Origin: Oscillospiraceae bacterium
GTDB taxonomy: Bacteria; Bacillota; Clostridia; Oscillospirales; Ruminococcaceae
Direction: 5' to 3'
DNA length: 54,579 nucleotides
Assembly: GCA_019413245.1 (NCBI GenBank)
Contig: DXNX01000001.1
Location: 1-54,579 of the forward strand
Part shown: one piece after another, positions 47,699 to 54,579 of the stretch
Layout of the letters: every line of letters begins with the position of its first letter
Numbering within the stretch: position 1 is the stretch's first letter
Made by a program: the position numbers and the translations under genes
Notes under the pieces: model-generated
The model's database searches: none
The model's input: only the letters and a program-made list of their open reading frames with translations
What the model was told of the DNA's origin: nothing

Positions 47699-48796
47699 TC
47701 AGCGCTTCAGTTTGGGGTCGAACGCGTCGCGCAGGCCGTCGCCCAGCAGGTTGAAGGCCAGAACGATCAGGCAGATGATCAGCGACGGGAAGACCAGCTT
47801 CAGCGGATAGCTGTTGATACCCGCACGGGCTTCATTGGCCAGAGAACCCAGCGACGGCATGGGAACCTTGACGCCGATGCCCAGGAAGGACAGGTAGCTT
47901 TCGGTGAAGATAGCGGAGGGAATCTGCAGCGCCACCGAGATGATGATGACGGACAGGCAGTTGGGCAGAATATGCTTGCGCAGGATGCGGCCGCTGGAAG
48001 TACCGATGGTGCGGGCCGCCAGAACGTATTCGTTCTGCTTGATGGTCAGGATCTGACCACGGACCAGACGGGCCATACCGACCCAGTACAGCAGACCGAA
48101 GACCAGGAACAGAGCAATCATGTTGGTACCCAGGGACTGAAGCATGGGTACTTTTTCAATGACCGGCTTCAGGGTCTCGTTCAAAACAACGGAGAGCAGA
48201 ATGATCATCAGCGTATCCGGCAGACTGTATATAACGTCTACGATACGCATCATGATAATATCCACTGTACCGCCGCACCAGCCCGCAATGGAACCGTATA
48301 CCAGACCGATGATCAGCACCATGATGGACGCCACCAGGCCGACGGCCAGAGAGACGCGGGTGCCGTAGATAACACGGATGAAGTAGTCACGGCCCAGGCC
48401 GTCGGTGCCCATGATATGGGGGAACAGCTTTTCGCCGGTCTCTTCCATATACTGCTGTTCACGCTCGGACCATTCAAAGGGAGCCAGGTTGGTAGCGGTT
48501 TTGTCGCGGCGGCCGCCAACGGACACGATGTCCTGGTAGCTGTACGGGACAAAGAACGGGATCACGATGATGCTGACAAGCAGCAGGACCAGCACGATGA
48601 TACTGCCCACGGCCAGCTTGTTTTTCATCAGGCGGCGGCAGCCGTCCCGGAAGAAGGTCACGCTTTCGCCCATGACCTCCTGCTGTGCCTTTTCTTCGGC
48701 GGTAGCGGGTTCAAAATCAGTAGTGCTGAACTTGGACAGATCGATCTGAGCCGAAAGAGGGTTCTTTTCGGGCATACCGTTTTCTGCGTAGGTCAT
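47699..48796 (-). CDS. oppC: Oligopeptide ABC transporter permease
   Basis: GTDGLGRD, YVLAARTIG, FNLLGDGLRDAFDPK. Confidence 0.94.
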   Translation of the reverse strand: MTYAENGMPEKNPLSAQIDLSKFSTTDFEPATAEEKAQQEVMGESVTFFRDGCRRLMKNKLAVGSIIVLVLLLVSIIVIPFFVPYSYQDIVSVGGRRDKTATNLAPFEWSEREQQYMEETGEKLFPHIMGTDGLGRDYFIRVIYGTRVSLAVGLVASIMVLIIGLVYGSIAGWCGGTVDIIMMRIVDVIYSLPDTLMIILLSVVLNETLKPVIEKVPMLQSLGTNMIALFLVFGLLYWVGMARLVRGQILTIKQNEYVLAARTIGTSSGRILRKHILPNCLSVIIISVALQIPSAIFTESYLSFLGIGVKVPMPSLGSLANEARAGINSYPLKLVFPSLIICLIVLAFNLLGDGLRDAFDPKLKR

Positions 48797-48811
48797 TTTC
48801 TTTCCTCCTTC

Positions 48812-49723
48812 TTACTCCAGTTCGATGCGCGGGTCGACCAGCTTGTACACCAGGTCGGTGATCAGGTTGGCGGTAACCATCAACGTGCCCAGGAACAGGG
48901 TGGTGGCCATGATCAGGGGGTAGTCGTTGTTGGTAATGCTGTTGACGAACTGGGTGCCCAGGCCGCCGATGGTGAAGATGCTTTCAACAACCATGGAACC
49001 GGTGATGATGTAGGCGATCATGGGGCCCACATAGGTGATGACCGGGATCAGAGCATTGCGCAGGGCATGCTTGAAGATGACCTTGACCTGGGGAACGCCT
49101 TTGGCCCGGGCAGTACGCACATAGTCCTGGCCCAGCGCATCCAGCATACTGGTCTTGGTCAAACGGGTGATGTACGCCATCGGGTACAGAGACAGCGAGA
49201 TCACGGGCAGGAAGTAGTTCGGATTTTCGGCGCTCCAGACCGGGAACACATTCAGCTCCACGCAGAAGACCAGCAGCAGCAACGTAGCCAGAACGAAGCT
49301 GGGCACACCGGTAAACAGCGTGGTGAAGAAGATGATCAGGCGGTCCGGCAGCTTGTTGCGGTTCAGAGCCGCAATGCTGCCCAGAACCAGGCCGAACACA
49401 ATGGCCACTGCCGCTGCTTCCAGGCCCAGCTGTGCGGACACAGCAAAGCGGGAACCCAGGGTAGAGCCGATGTCACGGCCGGTCTTGAGGGAAACGCCCC
49501 AGTCGCCGTGCAGGATGTTATTCATATACAGAATATACTGCTCACCGACGGGCTTATCCAGGTTGTAGCGTGCTTCCAGCACGGCCTGGACCTGCGGGCT
49601 GGGGGCCTTCTCTTTGTTGAAGGGGCCGCCGGGGATCGCGTTCATCGCGAAAAAGGTGATCAGGCTAATGATGATCACGGTCACGATCGCCAGCAACACA
49701 CGTTTTACGACATATCTGGTCAC
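48812..49723 (-). CDS. oppB: Oligopeptide ABC transporter permease
   Basis: DYVRTARAKG, KHALRNA, VDPRI; GTG start. Confidence 0.94.
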   Translation of the reverse strand: MTRYVVKRVLLAIVTVIIISLITFFAMNAIPGGPFNKEKAPSPQVQAVLEARYNLDKPVGEQYILYMNNILHGDWGVSLKTGRDIGSTLGSRFAVSAQLGLEAAAVAIVFGLVLGSIAALNRNKLPDRLIIFFTTLFTGVPSFVLATLLLLVFCVELNVFPVWSAENPNYFLPVISLSLYPMAYITRLTKTSMLDALGQDYVRTARAKGVPQVKVIFKHALRNALIPVITYVGPMIAYIITGSMVVESIFTIGGLGTQFVNSITNNDYPLIMATTLFLGTLMVTANLITDLVYKLVDPRIELE

Positions 49724-49881
49724 GTTCGTTCACTCTCCTCTTAAATACGGGGTCCTCGCAGGACCCGCGCTGGCTGCGTGTTTTACACGGGCCGCCGCCC
49801 GTTTTCCCCGCCTGTTCCCCGTTTCGGGATGGTGCCGGGTGCAGGAACACGGTTGTGTGCCTTTGGCGGACACCCCACCAC

Positions 49882-49970
49882 AAAAAAAAGGAACGACAGC
49901 GTTTGATCAAACGCCATCGTTTGAGCAAAGGAATCTTCAATAAAATATCACAAAATTGTAACGTTGTCAA
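49882..49970 (-). promoter_or_regulatory. opp promoter followed by a leader terminator
   Basis: TTGACA-N17-TATTTT (extended TG) at 49942-49970; 13-bp hairpin 49892-49921 followed by CC-U8. Confidence 0.6.
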
Positions 49971-50085
49971 CTTTTCCACCGGACGGAAAAGCCCCGCCAA
50001 ATGTGAAAATTTGCCCGGCGTCTGATGACGCCGGGCTGTAAAAGTTTTATTTTTTCCCGAAGACTTCCCCTTTCAGGAAGTATTT

Positions 50086-51852
50086 TTATTCACTTTCGGC
50101 CCCCTGAGACGGCATATTCCATCCCAGATGGTCGGTGTGCAGCCAGGCTTCGGCCGTTTCGCTGCCGGGGGCACCCAGGGCGTCCCGGTACAGGGTCTGG
50201 ATGGCCGGATTTTCGTGGGAGAAGCGCAGCGCACAACCTTTGTCAATGCTGTACAGCACCTGTCCGCGGCTCTGGGCCAGTTCTTCATCGTCAGCGCTCT
50301 GGGGCTGGCCGCCGCCGCCCGCACAGCCGCCGGGGCAGGCCATGACTTCCACAAAATCATAGTGTACGCGGCCGGCGCGCACCGCCTCCAGCAGTTTCCG
50401 GGTATTGCCCAGGCCGCTGACCACAGCGGTTTTCACGGTGCTGCCGCCCAGGTTGAACTCCGCTTCGGTCCAGCCCGGGGTGCCGTCTGCAGTGCCCCGC
50501 ACAGCCGTGAAGGCATCCGGCGGCGGGTTCTGCCCGTTGACCAGATAGTAGGCACTGCGCAGGGCAGCTTCCATAACGCCGCCGGTGGCGCCGAAGATGA
50601 CCCCCGCCCCACTGTAAGGTCCCAACAGGGAGTCGAAGGCTTCCTCGGCCATGTGGTCGGGATGCAGGTGCTCGGCCCGGATCATCCGCACCAGTTCCCG
50701 GGTGGTCAGGGCCAGATCCACATCCCGCCCGGCCCTGGTGTACATGGTAGGCAGGGCGCACTCGGCCTTTTTGGCCACACAGGGCATGATGGACACACTG
50801 AAGATGCGGTCCGGTTCCACTCCGATCTTTTGGGACAGATAATTTTTCACCACGGCGCCGAACATCTGCTGGGGGCTCTTGGCAGTGGAAAGACGGGTGG
50901 TCATATCCGGGTAATGGCCCTTGAGATACCGCACCCAGCCGGGGCAGCAGCTGGTGAACATAGGCAGTTCTTTGGTGTCCCCCGCCTGGAAGCGGTGCAG
51001 GAACTCGGTGCCTTCCTCCATGATGGTCAGGTCGGCGGAGAAGGAAGTGTCAAACACATAGTCGAATCCCAGGGCGCGCAGCACCGCCGCCATCCGGTTG
51101 ACGGTGGCCTTTTCGGGCGGCAGGCCCAGGCTTTCCCCCCAGGCGGCGCGCACCGCCGGGGCGATCTGCACCACCGTGACCAGATTGGGGTCGGCAATGG
51201 CGGCAAAGGCTTTTTCGGTGTCGCTGCGTTCCCGCAGGGCACCGGTGGGGCAATGGGTGATGCACTGGCCGCAGAGCACACAGTCGGATTCCTTGATGCG
51301 GCGGTTATGGCTCACATCCACCCGGGTACGGCTGCCGGTGCCGGACAGGTCCCACACGTTGACCCCCTGCACCTTATCACAGATCTGGATGCAGCGCATG
51401 CACTTGATGCACTTGTTGGTGTCCCGGTACAGCGGGAAGTCCTTGGGCCACTGGGCGCGGGCACCGGTGACCAGGTCCCGGGGATAGGGGTTTTCCAGAA
51501 TACCCAGGTCGTTGGCAATGCTCTGCAGGTGGCAGTTGCCGCTGCGCAGACAGGTGGCACAATGGCAGTCGTGTTGGGACAGAATCAGCTCCACGTTGAT
51601 CTTTCGGGTGCGGCGTACCCGGGGCGTATTGGTGCGGATGACCATGCCCTCGAACACCGGGTTGTTGCAGCTGGGCACCAGGTTGCGCTCCCCTTCTATC
51701 TCCACGCAGCAGACCCGGCAGGCGCCGATCTCGTTGAGGTGTTTGAGGTAGCACAGGTGCGGAATGTCCACCCCGGCAGCCTTGGCGGCTTCCAGAATGG
51801 TGGTGTGCTCGGGCACGGCGACGGCCCGGCCATTGACAGTCACATTTACCAT
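50086..51852 (-). CDS. hydA: [FeFe]-hydrogenase catalytic subunit, group A
   Basis: H-cluster motifs TSCCPGW, MPCVAKKAE, EVMACPGGCAGGGGQP; N-terminal 2Fe-2S, His-ligated 4Fe-4S and 2x4Fe-4S. Confidence 0.95.
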   Translation of the reverse strand: MVNVTVNGRAVAVPEHTTILEAAKAAGVDIPHLCYLKHLNEIGACRVCCVEIEGERNLVPSCNNPVFEGMVIRTNTPRVRRTRKINVELILSQHDCHCATCLRSGNCHLQSIANDLGILENPYPRDLVTGARAQWPKDFPLYRDTNKCIKCMRCIQICDKVQGVNVWDLSGTGSRTRVDVSHNRRIKESDCVLCGQCITHCPTGALRERSDTEKAFAAIADPNLVTVVQIAPAVRAAWGESLGLPPEKATVNRMAAVLRALGFDYVFDTSFSADLTIMEEGTEFLHRFQAGDTKELPMFTSCCPGWVRYLKGHYPDMTTRLSTAKSPQQMFGAVVKNYLSQKIGVEPDRIFSVSIMPCVAKKAECALPTMYTRAGRDVDLALTTRELVRMIRAEHLHPDHMAEEAFDSLLGPYSGAGVIFGATGGVMEAALRSAYYLVNGQNPPPDAFTAVRGTADGTPGWTEAEFNLGGSTVKTAVVSGLGNTRKLLEAVRAGRVHYDFVEVMACPGGCAGGGGQPQSADDEELAQSRGQVLYSIDKGCALRFSHENPAIQTLYRDALGAPGSETAEAWLHTDHLGWNMPSQGAESE

Positions 51853-53681
51853 TGGGTCGTCCTCCCTCCCTTGAAGATGCCGTAGCCGAAGTGGTCGCAG
51901 CGCAGGCAGCGGCTCGCCTCCTGCATGGCTTCCTCCTCGGTCATACCGCAGGTGGCCAGGGCAAAGTCGGTCCTGGATTCCAGCGGGTTGCGGGCTTTGA
52001 GCTGGATGCGGCCGCAGGGCGGCGTGTTGGACAGGCGGGCGGGTGGGATCTCCACATCACAGCGGATGGTGTGAGAATACCCCAGGAAGCTGTCGATGTT
52101 GGCAGCTCCCACCTTCCCTGCCGCCACCGCCCGGATGACGGTGGCCGGCCCGGTGACCGCGTCGCCGCCGGCAAACACGTTGGGGGTGCCGGGCACATAA
52201 CCGGACAGGTCGGCCTTGAGGGCGCCCCGGCTGGTGCCGATTCCGCCCTTTTCAAAATTATCCGATTCGATACGCTGGCCGATGGCGATGATGAGGTAAT
52301 CGCAGGGGATGCGGAACTCCCGCTCGGCGGCATCCCGGGGACCCGGGCGGCCGTCACGGCCGTATCCGCCGATGATCTGGGGTTTGGTCCACAGAGCAGC
52401 CACCTTGCCTTCCTCGTCGGCTTCAATGCGGTGAGGCGCCTGCAGGGGCAGGATCTGGCAGCCTTCGGCCTGGGCATCGGCAATCTCTTCGGGCAGGGCG
52501 GTCATATCGTCCAGGCGGCGGCGGTAGACGCAGGTCACGCTCTCGGCTCCCAGGCGGATGGCCGTGCGGGTGGCATCCATGCTCACGTTGCCGCCGCCGA
52601 TGACCACCACACGCTTGCCGGTGAAGTCCAGGGGATGACCCTCGCCGCAGTTTCGCAGAAACTCCACAGCGGAAAGAACATTCTTGCTGTCCTCCCCGGG
52701 CAGGCCCAGCTTCTTGTCCGCGTGGGCGCCGATGGCCACATACAGGGCGTCGTAGTCCTGCCGCAGCTGGTCCACCTGGATGTCGGTGCCGATGCACACG
52801 CCGGTGCGCACCTCCACCCCGGTCTTCAGGATGTAATCAATGTCTTTCTGCAGCACGTCCGGCGGCAGACGGTAATCGGGGATGCCGTAGCGCAGCATGC
52901 CGCCCAGGCGGTCCCGCTGTTCAAACACGGTGACGCTGTGGCCCATGAGCTGCAGGTAATAGGCAGCCGTCAGGCCGCTGGGACCGCCCCCCACCACCGC
53001 AATGCGCTTGCCGGTGGCTTCGGCGGGTGCCGGGGGATTTTCGTCCCCGCAGTGGTCCACCGCATATCGTTTGATGCCGCAGATGTTGATGGCATCATCC
53101 ACCAGACGGCGACGGCACTGTTTTTCGCAGGGGTGCTCACACACATAAGCGCAGGAGTACGGGAAGGGATTGTCTTTGCGGATGAGGTCCACCGCATCCT
53201 GGAAGCGGCCTTCCCGCACCAGAGCAATGTATCCGGGAATGTCCACATGGGCCGGGCAGACGGTAACGCAGGGCACCGGCTGTTTGAGAGAACAGATGCA
53301 GCGGCCTTCTTTGGCGTGGAGCTCATAATCTTCCCGGAAGCCCCGCACTCCTTCCAGCACCATGGCGGCGGCTTCGTAGCCGATGGCGCAGTCGGCGGAA
53401 TCCGCAATGGCGGCCGCCGTGGACTCAATGAGATCGATGGTTCCTTCAGGGGCGGTCTGGTCCAGCACGCTCTCGATGAGCGTTTCCAGCTGGGACAGGC
53501 CTATGCGGCAGGGCACGCATTTGCCGCAGGTCTGGGCGTGGCACAGGCGCAGAAAATTCAGTGCCAGGTCCACCGGGCACAGACCCGGCGGGTTGGCGGC
53601 CACGCGGTGCCCCATGTCGCGGCAGAGGTCCTGTACGACCTGCTGGGCGCGGTCCGGGGTTTCGATGGACAGTCTTCGCAT
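51846..53681 (-). CDS. NuoF-type 4Fe-4S domain fused to GltD-like FAD/NAD(P) oxidoreductase
   Basis: TCGKCVPCRIG; PC..CPAHVDIPGYI; GGGPSG; YGIPDYRLP; IGGGNVSMD; YRR; AGGDAVTGP; EASRCLRCD. Confidence 0.9.
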   Translation of the reverse strand: MRRLSIETPDRAQQVVQDLCRDMGHRVAANPPGLCPVDLALNFLRLCHAQTCGKCVPCRIGLSQLETLIESVLDQTAPEGTIDLIESTAAAIADSADCAIGYEAAAMVLEGVRGFREDYELHAKEGRCICSLKQPVPCVTVCPAHVDIPGYIALVREGRFQDAVDLIRKDNPFPYSCAYVCEHPCEKQCRRRLVDDAINICGIKRYAVDHCGDENPPAPAEATGKRIAVVGGGPSGLTAAYYLQLMGHSVTVFEQRDRLGGMLRYGIPDYRLPPDVLQKDIDYILKTGVEVRTGVCIGTDIQVDQLRQDYDALYVAIGAHADKKLGLPGEDSKNVLSAVEFLRNCGEGHPLDFTGKRVVVIGGGNVSMDATRTAIRLGAESVTCVYRRRLDDMTALPEEIADAQAEGCQILPLQAPHRIEADEEGKVAALWTKPQIIGGYGRDGRPGPRDAAEREFRIPCDYLIIAIGQRIESDNFEKGGIGTSRGALKADLSGYVPGTPNVFAGGDAVTGPATVIRAVAAGKVGAANIDSFLGYSHTIRCDVEIPPARLSNTPPCGRIQLKARNPLESRTDFALATCGMTEEEAMQEASRCLRCDHFGYGIFKGGRTTQW

Positions 53682-53772
53682 AGATAAAATCCTCCGTTGG
53701 GGGCCGGAGGACCGTTCCCCCGGCAGCTGGTTCCAAACGGCAGCCCGTCCCGGCCGCCGTCACGCTGTTTCC

Positions 53773-53801
53773 AGTATAGGGGATTTTGGCAAATAGTTCA
53801 A
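53773..53801 (-). promoter_or_regulatory. SigA-type promoter for hydrogenase operon
   Basis: TTGAAC-N17-TATACT. Confidence 0.65.
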
Positions 53802-53950
53802 TAATTTTTTAACATGTTCATAATTATTTTGCATTATGCAATAACAGCTTGCAAGTTTGCCCTATTGGAATACAACAAAACAGCGGTGCCTGCAGCGCAT
53901 TTTTTCGCTGCACGGTACCGCTGTTCCTATTTAATAAGAAACGGCCTTGT

Positions 53951-54217
53951 TTACTCCGCCGTCTGCTGTGCCTCTTCCGCCCGGGCCAGTTCTTCTTCCC
54001 GCCGGGCCTGGACCACCACATGCAGGAACTTGTTCATCAGCGGCACATAGGTGAAAACCAACACCAACACTGCCGCAAATCCGATCTGACGCCGGCGGCT
54101 GCGAGGCACCGCCAGGCCCAGAAGCACCCCCACAGCGCACAGGCAGAACTTGACCAGTGCCAGGTCCTTCCAGTTGCTCTGCTGCAGATACCGGTCCGCA
54201 TAGCCAAACAATTTCAT
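53951..54217 (-). CDS. 88-aa two-TM hypothetical protein
   Basis: AAGGAGG RBS; WKDLALVKFCL, TYVPLM; promoter TTGCGC-N17-TACACT at 54293-54321. Confidence 0.85.
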   Translation of the reverse strand: MKLFGYADRYLQQSNWKDLALVKFCLCAVGVLLGLAVPRSRRRQIGFAAVLVLVFTYVPLMNKFLHVVVQARREEELARAEEAQQTAE

Positions 54218-54321
54218 CAGTCAGCCCTCCTTGGCGCGGCATACCGCGCGTGTTCCCCTGTCACAACAGGTACAGGGGTTTGTGTTGGTTTCAGTGTAAC
54301 ACACAGAACCGCCGAGCGCAA

Positions 54322-54579
54322 TCTTCCGGATAGCAACAAAAAAAGGTTTCCCATTTCTGGGAAACCTTGGTGCGCCGGAAGGGGCCCCTCTACCCGCGCT
54401 CTTTCCCACAGTCCACCGGACTGTGGGAACCGGCCGGGACGTGAGCGGCCGGACGAGCTGTTCGAGTCCCTTCCGGGACAAACCGACCGCCTTCCGGAAA
54501 ATAACAATAAAAAAGGTTTCCCACTTCTGGGAAACCTTGGTGCGCCGGAAGGGGCCCCTCTACCCGCGCTCTTTCCCAC
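54322..54579 (-). repeat. 170-bp tandem repeat containing a tRNA-like 3' end plus terminator (second copy truncated by the window edge)
   Basis: 54341-54409 matches 54511-54579 at 68 of 69 nt; minus strand reads ccccttccggcgcACCA-aggtttccc..gggaaacct-U tract. Confidence 0.85.

Noticed and set aside
53794..53850. Rex box upstream of the hydrogenase operon (also sought upstream of rnfC)
   Set aside because: AT-rich with half-sites and a TTGCATtATGCAA palindrome, but no convincing 18-bp TTGTNAA-N4-TTNACAA match.
54341..54579. Possible CRISPR array or complete tRNA gene
   Set aside because: The unit is 170 bp with no short repeat/unique spacer pattern and no cas genes; D-arm and anticodon arm are not recognisable.
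54217..54579. ORFs 54217-54579 and 54221-54481
   Set aside because: They are translations of the structured repeat, run through terminators and have no RBS.

Overview
High-GC chromosomal window from an anaerobic gut-type Firmicute; gene content and style suggest Oscillospiraceae near Subdoligranulum/Gemmiger/Faecalibacterium (inference). Left to right: start of a canonical rnf operon (rnfC, partial rnfD); glgB/TetR; a MocR(PdxR)-ECF S-component pair; cardiolipin synthase; an rpe-led operon with a second, highly divergent rnfD/E/A set, DUF1015, a Q/R-rich protein and rlmA; a surface-glycan cluster (WcaJ-like PGT, two GT4, GT2, glf); an aromatic amino acid operon without dehydroquinase that runs into a WYL regulator and a large membrane protein; a C39-peptidase-like protein; a dlt-like operon; ilvE; an Opp ABC transporter; a GltD-linked [FeFe]-hydrogenase; and a 170-bp tRNA-3'-end-derived tandem repeat cut by the right edge. 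I saw no CRISPR array, IS element, prophage, rRNA or complete tRNA. The best candidate for an undescribed system is the RnfD/E/A-like membrane module (13260-15814), which appears to have lost the FMN-attachment Thr and three of four [2Fe-2S] Cys ligands and has no RnfB/C/G partners. Other candidates: the tRNA-like repeat, the dlt-like adenylation domain lacking the amino-binding Asp, and a probable sRNA at 36505-36710. Motif comparisons are by eye from remembered family consensus, not computed alignments.
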